This document shows, one piece after another, positions 54,741 through 64,000 of a stretch of DNA of 64,000 bases. Below the pieces are notes generated by a model. The model ran no database searches, had not been told where the DNA came from, and worked only from the letters and a program-made list of their open reading frames with translations. How positions within the stretch are numbered: the stretch's first letter is position 1; each line of letters starts with the position of its first letter. The position numbers and the translations under genes were made by a program. Location of the stretch: NCBI GenBank assembly GCA_028286615.1, contig JAQBRG010000003.1, positions 147,406 through 211,405 of the forward strand, given 5' to 3'. The DNA comes from Parcubacteria group bacterium (GTDB lineage Bacteria > Patescibacteriota > Minisyncoccia > Phycocordibacterales > Phycocordibacteraceae).

Positions 54741-57170
54741 TTAACGAGCAGGCGTTGCTGTAGCTGGCTTGTTTGCCGGCTCAGTTATCGTCTGAGGGAT
54801 TCCGAGCGCGCCAAGTCGTGAAGGAGGGAACGGATTCTTTCCTAGACGAAGTTGGGCGAGATCTGGAGCAACTGCCGTAGCGTTCTCAGGTGAGAGCGCA
54901 GACACGGCTTCAAGCTGTGCGATAGCAAGATCGTTCTGCTTGTTCGTTGCGTACATAACCGCAAGGAAGAAACGAGCGTTTGCGTACTGAGGGTTGAGAT
55001 CAACCGCACGAGCGAGAGCCTGGATTGCTCCTGGAGTATCTCCGTTAGCTGAGCGCAAGATACCAACCTGGAAGAGCACGGTAGGGTCCTGCGGCGCAAA
55101 GTACGCAGCAGCCTCTGCAGCCTGGAGAGCTTCCTTTGCTTTGCCTTGCTCAGCCTTGAGCTGGGAAAGAAGGAAGATTGCCTGGGTGTAGTCGTGCTTC
55201 AGGTTAATAGCCTTAACGAGCTGTTCTTCAGCACCTGCACTGTTCTTCTTAGCAATCTCGAGCTGTGCGAGTACGTACGGCAAGGATGGGTTTGAAGGGT
55301 TCAGATCAACTGCCTTCTGGTACGCCGTCTTTGCGTTGTCGTATGCACCTTCGATGTTAAGAGGAACAACAGTCTCGTACACATTGCCGAGCATTGCCCA
55401 GTTCTGGTAGTTGTCGGGACCGAGGCGAGTTGAAGTAAGCGCTGCTTCAATGCTTGAAGACAGTGCTGTCTGGAACTGCTGCTGTGCGTCTGAAGGGGTT
55501 AGCTTCGTGTCTGCAGCAATCTGTGCCATGTGCGCAATACCAACCGCTGAAGCGAGACGGTATGTCCTGTCTGCTGGAGAGAAGAGTATTGAGCGAGCTA
55601 CAGCGGTGTCTGCCTTTGCTAGATCGTTGCTGTTAAGGGCAACAGAGGCTTCGCTGTATGCAACAGAGGCGAGGTATCGCTCTATAACAACGTATGCAGC
55701 GCCAACAGAGGCGAGCAAGAGAAGCGTGAGGCCAAAGACAATAACGAATCCAACGCGAGGACTTCGGGCGAACACAATTCCCCACTCATGTGCCTTCGCG
55801 CTATAGCGAAGAGACGAGATGAAGAGTCCTGCTAGCAAGAAGCCAACGGTAATAACAATGGGACCCGGCACCGTGAAGATGGTAAGTGCGAACACGAAGA
55901 GTGCACCGGTAAAGGATGCAACAGATGTGAAGCGTACGAACGCATCGTTCGGCTGTCTAAACAGCAGTGCGCGAAGACCAAAGAAGATAAAGAGACCGAG
56001 GAAGGCAAGCCATGCGAGCGCTCCAATGATGCCGGTCGTAACGAACGAGGTAGGAATGTATCCAATACCTGAAGTGAAGTCTATGTTCCAGAACACGGTG
56101 TCGTTAAGGCTGCGGTCACGGAACTTCAACCATTCTTCGTTGAAGGTACCGGGACCCGATCCAAAGAGTGGTGAGGAAGCGTACGTGTGTCCGCCAATAG
56201 CGAGCGTGGACTGCCATGATGGACGAACGTCAATAACGTTCGCACCAAAGGCTCCAGCAAGCGCGTTACCGATGGTTGAGCCGCCGATAAGGAAGAGCAA
56301 CGCGATAACGAGCGATACAAGCGGTACGGCAAGCGAGTGTGTCTCGCCTGACATAGGCTCTGTATCGTTTTCTGCGAGCAACATCGCTACTCCATCAAGA
56401 TCTGCCTCGGCGCCTGTTGCGCGGTGATGCATGATCGCTTCAATGAAGAGACCAAGAGACACGAGCGCAACCATTGCCCAGACAACTGCTGAGTTAACGA
56501 GTGCAAGAACCAATAGACCTACTCCAATACCCACGAAGAGCGCGATGCGCACCTTCTTGGTTGGCGTGAGGAAACGAAAGGCAAGAAGCGTAAGAGCAAC
56601 ACCAAGACCAACCAACATGCCGAGGTCCGCAAAGGAACCAATAAGGTTAGTGGTTGGCGAGATGAAGTTTGGCGCTACTTTGCCAGCAATAATGAAAACC
56701 AACTGCACTACAAGCACGAGGCCGAGCAATACCGCCCCAACTTTAAAGAAGGTGCGGTAGTGGCCTGTACGCCTGAACGCAAGCGCGGTTAAGCTTGCTA
56801 GTACAGCCGTAATAAGCACGAACCCAAGCGTATCTGGTTCAAGCTCTGTTCCGAAGAAGGCTCGTGAGAGTCCAGCTCCAGAGAAGAACGCTGAGAGAAG
56901 ATATGCAGCAGGCACGATCCACAGAGCCCCAAGCAGAGTCGCAGGTGGAACGATAACGTTTCCACGAGTGAGGCGCGCAAGGATGTAGAGCGCAAGTGTA
57001 ATAAGACCGCCGATAGCAAGAACGGAGACCTTCGTATACAGGAACGGAATCGTTGCTGTAGGTATGAAGGCTACGCTCGCCAATACGGCGGTAGCAAGAA
57101 GAGCCCAGATTGTTCCCAAATCAAACGACAACCGTCTGTTTCGAGGAGCAACCGTCACGGATGTATCCAT
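54741..57170 (-). CDS. polytopic membrane protein (O-antigen ligase-like) with C-terminal TPR repeats
   Basis: About 12 TMs, PLFGSGPGTF loop, TTGIIG, TPR motifs (AVDLNP, NPQYANARFFLA). Confidence 0.8.
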   Translation of the reverse strand: MDTSVTVAPRNRRLSFDLGTIWALLATAVLASVAFIPTATIPFLYTKVSVLAIGGLITLALYILARLTRGNVIVPPATLLGALWIVPAAYLLSAFFSGAGLSRAFFGTELEPDTLGFVLITAVLASLTALAFRRTGHYRTFFKVGAVLLGLVLVVQLVFIIAGKVAPNFISPTTNLIGSFADLGMLVGLGVALTLLAFRFLTPTKKVRIALFVGIGVGLLVLALVNSAVVWAMVALVSLGLFIEAIMHHRATGAEADLDGVAMLLAENDTEPMSGETHSLAVPLVSLVIALLFLIGGSTIGNALAGAFGANVIDVRPSWQSTLAIGGHTYASSPLFGSGPGTFNEEWLKFRDRSLNDTVFWNIDFTSGIGYIPTSFVTTGIIGALAWLAFLGLFIFFGLRALLFRQPNDAFVRFTSVASFTGALFVFALTIFTVPGPIVITVGFLLAGLFISSLRYSAKAHEWGIVFARSPRVGFVIVFGLTLLLLASVGAAYVVIERYLASVAYSEASVALNSNDLAKADTAVARSILFSPADRTYRLASAVGIAHMAQIAADTKLTPSDAQQQFQTALSSSIEAALTSTRLGPDNYQNWAMLGNVYETVVPLNIEGAYDNAKTAYQKAVDLNPSNPSLPYVLAQLEIAKKNSAGAEEQLVKAINLKHDYTQAIFLLSQLKAEQGKAKEALQAAEAAAYFAPQDPTVLFQVGILRSANGDTPGAIQALARAVDLNPQYANARFFLAVMYATNKQNDLAIAQLEAVSALSPENATAVAPDLAQLRLGKNPFPPSRLGALGIPQTITEPANKPATATPAR

Positions 57171-57381
57171 AACGTTATATTTATTTAGCACCTAATAACC
57201 TATTTATTATAGCGTGCAATGGGTCCTTGTTTTGGGGGTTTGTGGAGAAAGCCTCAACAACTCACGCAGTCATGACAATTTCCTTAAAAATGGTATGTTC
57301 CATACGGAGTCGTTTGAAAAGTTCGGTTTGATGCCGCACACCTGGCAGACCCAGGTTCCATAGACGCTCCAGGAGACTACT

Positions 57382-57972
57382 GTGAAGAAATGGAACAGGA
57401 CCACCATTCATTGGCCGATGCAGGACTACATTTCAGCGGATTTCCCGCCCCTGCCCGGTCGCGGAAAACCCACCACAATCACATGGAAAGACGGATCGGG
57501 ACATCCAGACGAGCCGGTGTACACCCAGTGCAACTGCATTTCCATTAGTGCTTCGTCTGGGCTTTCTCGATACGCGGAGCTTGAATTAGACCTCTTGGCG
57601 TTGTCTGCCGATGGTCGTAAGGGAAGGGTACCGACTTTCGACCTCCACAAAGCGATAGTGGACCGACTTGAGCAATTAGTCACGGATCATCCTGAAATCA
57701 TCCTGCTCTCCGAAGGTCGTTATAAGCCGGTTGTGCGACTTCCCTTGCGCAACGGGGAGCAATTCTGTGAGCGAGCAATCGAATTCGTGAGTGACATCTT
57801 CAAGAACCTGGGTCTTGAAGATCCCAAGGGACACTTACGTGCGAACTTCACCATCACCCAGGAGACCTACGTCCTCGCGAACAACAGAGAAGAGCGGCCC
57901 AGCATGCGATACGAGGACTGGCTCCGTAACAAGTACGGCCTGAAGTTGCTCATACTCAATTCCGGCAACTAG
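57382..57972 (+). CDS. hypothetical protein
   Basis: GTG start with AGGAG SD; hairpin terminator GACCGCC/GGCGGTC after the stop. Confidence 0.65.
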   Translation: MKKWNRTTIHWPMQDYISADFPPLPGRGKPTTITWKDGSGHPDEPVYTQCNCISISASSGLSRYAELELDLLALSADGRKGRVPTFDLHKAIVDRLEQLVTDHPEIILLSEGRYKPVVRLPLRNGEQFCERAIEFVSDIFKNLGLEDPKGHLRANFTITQETYVLANNREERPSMRYEDWLRNKYGLKLLILNSGN

Positions 57973-58065
57973 AGCTCCCGAACTAAACTGACCGCCCCAC
58001 AGGCGGTCGCTTTTTATATAACAAACGGCACAAACCCGCCGTGAGGCGGGTTTGTGCATGTTGTT

Positions 58066-58396
58066 GGATCTGGCCGATAAGCCGAGTTCTGTCGTAAGCC
58101 GAAGCCTACGGACGACCATCTATCTGGGACTGATGTTGCCAACAGCCTCGAGCGGCGCTCCTCATTGCTGAGGCACGGCCTTGCACAGAGGTAAGGATTT
58201 TGCCGTTTCAGCCTGAGATCGCTCTCAGGACACTCTACGAGAGAGTTCCTAGCTTTTCAGCATCGGACGTTTCTGTTCGCACCTCGCGCCTTGCGGCGGA
58301 CGGGGGTTACCCGCTACCCTTCTGCAGCATTGCTGCTGCCTGAGCTCGGACTTTCCTCCCCCTAGCGAGCTAGGGAGCGATCGTCTGGCCAGGTCC
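58066..58396 (-). ncRNA. rnpB: RNase P RNA (type A)
   Basis: GAGGAAAGTCCGAGC near the 5' end, ACAGAACTCGGCTTAT near the 3' end, P1 GGACCTGGCC/GGCCAGATCC. Confidence 0.95.
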
Positions 58397-58469
58397 TTAT
58401 TTCTTATACCATACTTGCTAGGAGTGTGTAAATGTTGTATAGATGATGTAGACATTGAAAGGGCTGCAA

Positions 58470-59120
58470 ATGCGCATGAATCTGGAAGAACGGTGGTCTC
58501 AGCTCTGGAAAGAGCTTAAAGGTAGGGGCGACGGCAAAGCGCTCTACGCCATGCTTGTTCACTGCTATGGCGAGAGAGGTCGCGAGTATCACAACCTCAG
58601 CCATCTCGAGCACTGCTTCGAGGAATTGGACGAAGTTCGTTCTCTGGCCCTCAATCCAAGCATGCTTGAGTTCAAGCTATGGCTGCACGATGTCTTCTAC
58701 ACCATCGGCCCAAAAATTCCGGGCCTGGAAGGAGATGAGGAGGCCAGTGCCGAAGCTGCTTATAACATCCTTATCGATGGCGGCATGGGTTATCACGCAG
58801 CGAGTGACGCGTATACGGGCATTCTGTGCACATTGCATAACGAGGAACATTCTCCCTCTACCACAGATGACCGTCTTCTAGTCGACATTGACCTAGCAAT
58901 CCTGGGACAGCGGCAGGAGCGATTCGACGAGTACGAGCGACAAATCCGCCAAGAATATGACTGGGTGCCAGAGGGCATCTTCCAAAAACGTCGGGCGGAG
59001 ATACTCACCGGCATGTACCAGCGACCCCACCTCTACTACACAGAACATTTTCAGAAAAAGTACGAAGATCAGACTCGCAAAAACCTGGCTCGTTCAATTA
59101 AAAGACTTCAGTCCTCTTAA
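58470..59120 (+). CDS. HD-superfamily phosphohydrolase (COG4339-like)
   Basis: R.YHNL.HL, WLHD..Y, E..SA, VDIDLAILG, IRQEY.WV. Confidence 0.85.
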   Translation: MRMNLEERWSQLWKELKGRGDGKALYAMLVHCYGERGREYHNLSHLEHCFEELDEVRSLALNPSMLEFKLWLHDVFYTIGPKIPGLEGDEEASAEAAYNILIDGGMGYHAASDAYTGILCTLHNEEHSPSTTDDRLLVDIDLAILGQRQERFDEYERQIRQEYDWVPEGIFQKRRAEILTGMYQRPHLYYTEHFQKKYEDQTRKNLARSIKRLQSS

Positions 59121-59168
59121 AACGGAAACTGAAGTTGGCCTCGCGTCTCCCATGACGCGAGGTTTTCT

Positions 59169-59215
59169 TTTATAAACAACAAGAGCCGCGTGAAGCGGCT
59201 CTTGTTGTTTATAAA
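59169..59215. terminator. long bidirectional terminator
   Basis: TTTATAAACAACAAGAGCCGC-GTGAA-GCGGCTCTTGTTGTTTATAAA. Confidence 0.8.
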
Positions 59216-59221
59216 TCTAAG

Positions 59222-61600
59222 CTAGACAATCTCGCAGGTTCCAGACACACACGCGAGTTCCTTCTTGAGTTCGGTCTCATCTACGCGCTCGTAGAGCATG
59301 AGCTTTGCGTAATCGATCTCTGGGAAGTTCTTCATGCGAGTCTCGTACTCAGCCTTAGTTATTGGCTCGTACGGAGCGAGGCGATAAACGTGGTTGTCGC
59401 GTGGAAGGAATGAGAGTCCTCCAACCTTCTCCCAGTTCTCGTATACCCAGTTAGCAACCTTGATCCACTCATCATCTCCAACTGAGACTGTTACGGATGG
59501 GTTGTGCTCGGTGAAGTTCTCTTTCACAACCTTCCAGTGTTCGAGCTGGTCTAGGGCCGTTATGTCGTTCTTCGAGATAGCACCGTCTGGAGCTTTGACC
59601 GGGAACTCCATAACATAAGTGTTCGCAGTATCCATAGACTGTCCAACTTCTGGGAAGTATGGGACGCCTGCGTCACGCATGAACTTGAAGAGTGAGTCGG
59701 TTGCGCTGATGCGGATGCGACGTACGTAGTACGGAGCGTGGCGAGGGTGCATACCTGAAGCCACGTCGAAGGTCTGAGAAACAGTTCCAGATGGCTTTAC
59801 GCAGGTAATAGCGTTTGAGCTGTTGATACCGAAACGTTCTGAGTACTTCTTGTTGATCTTGATAGTCTCAAGACGCATTGCGTTAAGCGTACCAGCGTCT
59901 CGTGCAACCTTTGAGTCCCACTGTCCTGTTACAGACACTCCAAGAAGGCGCTCCGCTTCACAGTTCTCAGTCCATTCCTTTGAAAGGTAGCTGAAGTTCG
60001 TGAGGGTTGATTGGTAGGTACCGAGGATAGTTGCAAGACGTGCTTTGCGAACGAGGCTTTCCTTAGTATCTGTTGAGCGAGCGATAACTTCCGTAAGGTT
60101 ACAGAACTGCTTGCTCTTGAGGATAATCTCGCCACATGGGTTAGTTCCTGCAGGGCCAGAAATCTTTCCGTTCTTAACGTAGCCTGTCTGTTCCCAAAAG
60201 TTAATACGGCGCTCAGGAAGCTGCTTGATAAGCATGCCGCGATTGAAGATACCGCGCTCTCCTGAACCAGACTTCATAAGAGCAACCCACTCGTCCATGA
60301 ACTCTTCGTTCGTTGGCTTCTCGTTGTATACCGCAGAGTTGTTAGCGATTGAGCGCTGAGGATTAGTGTTCCAGAACTCTCCCTTCTTAGCATCGCGTAC
60401 GAGATCGTCATCAAGATCCGAAAGGGAAATCATGGCGCTGCGGCGAACCCCACCAGCAACAACACACTCGCCTATCTTACAAATGATGTCGTGTGCATCG
60501 ATGTTGCGGAGGCGACGGCCCTGGCGAGACATAATACGCTCACGAGAGAACGCGAGGAGGCTGCGAAGAGGCTCAGGTCCTGATGCCTTTCCACCCATAA
60601 CCTTAAGACGTGCTCCCGCAGGGCGGATTTGAGATAGATCGAATTCAATATCAGAACCTGCGTACCAAGTCTTAAGTCCAAGAGTTAGAGCGTCACACCA
60701 TCCTTCCTTAGAGTCTCCAACAACATGTGTTGGAAGCTTCTCTCCTGTCTGAGGAGTGATCTGTGGGAGCGCCTGAATGTTTGCACTTTCAACCGTGTAT
60801 CCAACGCCAGTACCCTGCATTGAGATGTACATAATTTCAGCAAAGTCTCCGAGCTTTGAAGGTGCGATGTATGAACAGTTGTATCCAGGTACATTGCAGC
60901 GACGCACTGCGTCTCCTGCGAACTGCATAAGGCGCATGGACGGCATAACTTCCTGCTTGAGAATAGCTTCGCGTACCTCCGCGTACTCCTTAGCAGTTAG
61001 TTTGTTCCCAAGATTCTCACGCATGAAATTCACATAACGGTCTACGGTCTCCACCCACGTCTCGCGACGTCCTTCTGAAGGGTTCCATTTCGCATAGCTA
61101 CGAAGGTATACGAATTCTCCGAGTGCGTTGTTCTTAAAATATTTCTTACTCTCCTCTGCAAGTGCCCGAACTTCTGCAGGAATCTCAATACGCTCAGAAC
61201 GCATCTGGTTCCGCTTGTCGCGGTACAGGATGTACGCCTTTGCAGTTGCGGTGAAATCCTGGAGCATGAGCTGCTTCTCAACAGAGTCCTGGATTCCTTC
61301 AACCGTTGGGAGGAAGTTCTTGTACTTCTTAGCAAAGCGCGCGAGCTCTCCTGCTACTTGATGCGCAACGAGCGTAGCTGAATCTTCATCTCCTTCTCCT
61401 GCTGCCTGCATCGCCTTGTGCACGACACCTACGAGTTTCTCAAATGAGAAAGGTACGAGACGTCCGTCGCGCTTTTCTATTTGAGGAATATTCTCGCGAT
61501 ACCGTCTTGTCTCTTTTGACTCAACTACAGGAGTTTGAGCTGCTTGAGTAACAGTCCTGGAGACAGTTTTTCGCACCGGTTTTTTTGCGGTCTTAGGCAT
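59222..61600 (-). CDS. nrdJ: class II (adenosylcobalamin-dependent) ribonucleotide reductase with N-terminal ATP cone
   Basis: IEKRDG ATP cone; MPSMR, NCSY, GGVRRSA, TNPCGEI, TCVKPSGT, EHNPSVT, C-terminal CVSGTC. Confidence 0.92.
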   Translation of the reverse strand: MPKTAKKPVRKTVSRTVTQAAQTPVVESKETRRYRENIPQIEKRDGRLVPFSFEKLVGVVHKAMQAAGEGDEDSATLVAHQVAGELARFAKKYKNFLPTVEGIQDSVEKQLMLQDFTATAKAYILYRDKRNQMRSERIEIPAEVRALAEESKKYFKNNALGEFVYLRSYAKWNPSEGRRETWVETVDRYVNFMRENLGNKLTAKEYAEVREAILKQEVMPSMRLMQFAGDAVRRCNVPGYNCSYIAPSKLGDFAEIMYISMQGTGVGYTVESANIQALPQITPQTGEKLPTHVVGDSKEGWCDALTLGLKTWYAGSDIEFDLSQIRPAGARLKVMGGKASGPEPLRSLLAFSRERIMSRQGRRLRNIDAHDIICKIGECVVAGGVRRSAMISLSDLDDDLVRDAKKGEFWNTNPQRSIANNSAVYNEKPTNEEFMDEWVALMKSGSGERGIFNRGMLIKQLPERRINFWEQTGYVKNGKISGPAGTNPCGEIILKSKQFCNLTEVIARSTDTKESLVRKARLATILGTYQSTLTNFSYLSKEWTENCEAERLLGVSVTGQWDSKVARDAGTLNAMRLETIKINKKYSERFGINSSNAITCVKPSGTVSQTFDVASGMHPRHAPYYVRRIRISATDSLFKFMRDAGVPYFPEVGQSMDTANTYVMEFPVKAPDGAISKNDITALDQLEHWKVVKENFTEHNPSVTVSVGDDEWIKVANWVYENWEKVGGLSFLPRDNHVYRLAPYEPITKAEYETRMKNFPEIDYAKLMLYERVDETELKKELACVSGTCEIV

Positions 61601-61721
61601 ACGCGAGATGAAGATTAACTATAATAGGCGCCGAGCATCGAACGAGTATTGGAGTCGACGTAGAGACTATTCTACCGTCGCTTCATGCAGCACCCTAACT
61701 GGGGATACTTCACTAAGAAAT

Positions 61722-62207
61722 TTATTTCGCAGACCGCAAGGGCTCGGAAAGATCCGTACCTTTTTCCCATCCCTGTTCCTTCGCATATCCAGCTTTGGTC
61801 TCAAGTACATATCGAACCGGCATTGGGGGATAAAAAGAATCTGGGTACGTTGAAGTTGCTACGTTGGCATCAATCTTAACTATCTGTTTCGTGTCCGATA
61901 GCCAAACAATGTCTATGGGGACAAGCATATCTTTCATCCAGAACCCGTACTTCTCTGCCTCGGGAAATACAAATAGCATCCCGTACCCTGCTGGCACATT
62001 TGCTCGTCCTCCCAGTCCCCGCTCCATAACAGCTGGCTCGCTAACAATCTCTATATTGGAAAGGGGAGTCGAGGTTGCCTGTTTCTCTTGCGGCTCTGTC
62101 GTATAGGACACAGGCGCTATAGCGTATTTAGCGTATAAAAGACATGCACTAGCTACGAGTGCGAGACCGAGAACACCATAAAGGACATGTCTCGGTGTAA
62201 AAGACAT
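61722..62207 (-). CDS. DUF192 domain protein
   Basis: RGLGGR, GMLFVF, FWMKDM..PIDIVW, YVLE.KAG. Confidence 0.9.
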   Translation of the reverse strand: MSFTPRHVLYGVLGLALVASACLLYAKYAIAPVSYTTEPQEKQATSTPLSNIEIVSEPAVMERGLGGRANVPAGYGMLFVFPEAEKYGFWMKDMLVPIDIVWLSDTKQIVKIDANVATSTYPDSFYPPMPVRYVLETKAGYAKEQGWEKGTDLSEPLRSAK

Positions 62208-62214
62208 ACCAAAG

Positions 62215-63231
62215 CTAGTTAGTCACCTCAGCAGCTTGGGCAGTTTCGATAATGGGGGCCGGTGCGAACACACGATCGAATACTACATAGAGTCCGCTCA
62301 TGAGAAGTACGAGGAAGCTGAGCGCGAAGACGCGGCGGGTGTGGTGGGTACGGAATTCCCTTCCGATCATTATGAGAAAGGCGAGAAGAAGGAATCCGGC
62401 GACAATCTGGTATACGGTTCGTAGGGTGTTCTTCGGAGACGCGGCTGCGTGTGCAATTGGAGAAGCTTCAGGTTGGACGGTTGGAGCAACTTGAGCAGGC
62501 GCTACCGGCTCTTCTTTTGGTGCTGTTTGTATAGCAAGCTTCTTAGGAGCTCCCGCGACAATCTTTTCAGACTCAGCTGAAGAACCTAGAACCTCCTCTC
62601 GTCTTTCGGCTGTTGCTATTTCTTCAGCTGGAACCGTAGCGCTAGCTGTTTTTATAGGAGCTGCACTTTGAGAACGTGCTGGGGTGCCGAACATCTGTAC
62701 AACGAAGATGGCTTTCTTTCCCTTATACTCGCCTTCAGCGGTTGCAATGCCGATCTCTGTAAAGTGCCCGTTCATGATGTTTGCACGGTGCGTAGGCGAA
62801 TTCATCCAGGCCTTCTCAACATCTTTTGAGTCTGAGAAATCAACTGCAAGATTCTCTCCTGCGTAAGAGAATGAGTATCCAACCTGCTTGAACCAAGACC
62901 ATGAGGTTAGGCCCTCAGGAGACGTGTGGGCAAAGTATCCCTTTGCTGCCATATCGTTAGCTTTTGCTTGTGCTGCTTCAGCAAGTACGGGGTTAACCGT
63001 AAGGGTTCCAAGGTCTTCAGTTGTCCGTTCTTTGTTCGTGAGATCTACAAGCACTGAGGAAATAACAGCTGCCATCTGACCTCCTTGAAGTGCAGGGAGT
63101 GCAAAGATGAATGCGAGTGCGAACACACTCACAATAGCGATTGAAAGCGCTGCTACGCCAATGGTAGAAAACAGGTTACTTACATGCTTCTGAGCATGTG
63201 CTGTAAGAGGAGATGTTCGTTTTTTAGCCAC
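62215..63231 (-). CDS. CAP/SCP-domain membrane protein
   Basis: LTNKER, AAQAKA.DM...YFAH.SP, AGENLA, WMNSPTHRANI, VVQMFG. Confidence 0.9.
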   Translation of the reverse strand: MAKKRTSPLTAHAQKHVSNLFSTIGVAALSIAIVSVFALAFIFALPALQGGQMAAVISSVLVDLTNKERTTEDLGTLTVNPVLAEAAQAKANDMAAKGYFAHTSPEGLTSWSWFKQVGYSFSYAGENLAVDFSDSKDVEKAWMNSPTHRANIMNGHFTEIGIATAEGEYKGKKAIFVVQMFGTPARSQSAAPIKTASATVPAEEIATAERREEVLGSSAESEKIVAGAPKKLAIQTAPKEEPVAPAQVAPTVQPEASPIAHAAASPKNTLRTVYQIVAGFLLLAFLIMIGREFRTHHTRRVFALSFLVLLMSGLYVVFDRVFAPAPIIETAQAAEVTN

Positions 63232-63320
63232 GGAAATATTTTACCACACGACTAGGATACGACAAGAGCCGCATCCCCAAAAGGGAGCGGCTCTTGTGGA
63301 TTACTTTAAAACGTAATCTC

Positions 63321-64000
63321 TTATGGAAGCTGAGGCATTGGTAGGTTGAGCTCAGGGCAGTTGATCATGTTGATCTTCCACGCTGTGGTCTTGTACACAT
63401 AGCCGGTTGGCGTGTGGTTAGTAGCTAGACCAAACGGAACCCAAGGATTGAGAACGTCTTCGAAGTACTTAATTTGGAAAGCGTTTACCGCTGCCGTTGT
63501 AAGCGCGTCGAACATACCGTTAACACTGAGGTCCGTACCCATCTCTCCGTTGAGGAAGGACTTAAGGTCGTTCACGTCAGCTGAGTCGTTTGCCTTGTTC
63601 TCACGCATGAAGGTGTCGATGAGGATGCCACATGAGGCACCGAGCACCTCGCCTCCAGTTGAGTTTCCAAGTACTGATCCACTACTGCGGCTTCGGGAGC
63701 TGCGTGAGCTTGAAGTGTCTGCAGGTGTCTGGTTTCCATCACCCGGAGTTTCAGAAACTGCGTCAGGCTCGAAGTCGTAGGTGGTAGTAGTTGAGTTGAT
63801 TCCGCTCTGGATACCAATAACGAACTTGTCTACATCTCCAACATATCCGTCAGGACCAGGCTCGCCTACACGTACTCCCATAAGACCGCCAGGAGAAAGG
63901 ATGCGAGCATTTGGATAATCTAGAAGAATTTCATTCCAGGTACGAGTAGCTGTACCGCTTTCACCAACTACGGCTGCGTCAGGACCTGTCGCGGTTGTTG
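63321..64000 (-). CDS. surface protein with C-terminal peptidoglycan-binding-like domain (partial, 5' end beyond window)
   Basis: Frame continues past 63881; Ser/Gly linker, GEVLGA, V..L..FLN, G.F...T..AV..FQ, TG.VY..T. Confidence 0.75.
   Translation of the reverse strand, partial: TTATGPDAAVVGESGTATRTWNEILLDYPNARILSPGGLMGVRVGEPGPDGYVGDVDKFVIGIQSGINSTTTTYDFEPDAVSETPGDGNQTPADTSSSRSSRSRSSGSVLGNSTGGEVLGASCGILIDTFMRENKANDSADVNDLKSFLNGEMGTDLSVNGMFDALTTAAVNAFQIKYFEDVLNPWVPFGLATNHTPTGYVYKTTAWKINMINCPELNLPMPQLP

Noticed and set aside
4584-56427. Long antisense ORFs opposite clpB, gyrA, lepA, valS, MBL and TPR genes
   Set aside because: Typical codon-bias shadows (Ser/Arg-rich, no motifs) of well-supported genes.
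25262-57250. DnaA-box-like 9-mers (ATATCCACA 25262, TGTGGAAAA 50491, TGTGGAGAA 57241) as oriC
   Set aside because: Isolated one-mismatch boxes, not clustered, and no dnaA/dnaN in the window; at most weak regulatory sites.
19387-61600. Inteins or introns in gyrA, nrdJ, clpB or the tRNAs
   Set aside because: Proteins have normal length with contiguous motifs; the HNH lies between tRNAs, not inside an anticodon loop.
61601-61721. Cobalamin riboswitch upstream of nrdJ
   Set aside because: Gap is only about 120 bp and no B12-box or GGGAA core was recognised.
1-64000. CRISPR array or tandem ToxI-like repeats
   Set aside because: No regularly spaced direct repeats seen; the only long direct repeat is the two-copy rpmG tail.
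1-64000. Alternative genetic code (TGA=Gly, as in Gracilibacteria/Absconditabacteria)
   Set aside because: Long conserved genes are intact under code 11 and TGA ends genes at sensible positions (lepB ATGA overlap, SPFH TGATG overlap).

Overview
Chromosomal segment of a reduced-genome bacterium, most likely Patescibacteria/CPR (Parcubacteria-like). This is inferred from the minimal IF2, short ValRS, tandem VirB2/TrbC-like pilins next to a solute-binding protein, degenerate HisRS paralog and lack of biosynthetic genes; standard code 11. Housekeeping genes include clpB, infB-rbfA, alr, gyrA, rpsA, pth, lepB, rpsU, ybeY, ftsA, ftsZ, trxB, nfi, tsaC, tsaD, valS, lepA, murJ, nrdJ and rpmG, plus 9 tRNAs and RNase P RNA. 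Small stand-alone accessory units are interspersed. Main unexplained signals: (1) At three loci an orphan ribonuclease-type gene (PemK/MazF, NYN, and a frameshifted remnant) lacks a protein antitoxin and is faced tail-to-tail by a sigma70 promoter driving a short structured RNA that ends at or near the toxin stop codon, a candidate RNA-antitoxin (type III-like) architecture. (2) A 101-bp duplication of the rpmG 3' end and terminator brackets a single cargo gene. (3) An HNH endonuclease lies between tRNA-Cys and tRNA-Leu, and that tRNA-Leu overlaps both neighbouring ORFs. (4) Core genes look leaderless whereas accessory genes have TTGACA promoters and Shine-Dalgarno sites. (5) Several unannotated microproteins and structured RNAs. 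All calls are by eye; no database searches were run.
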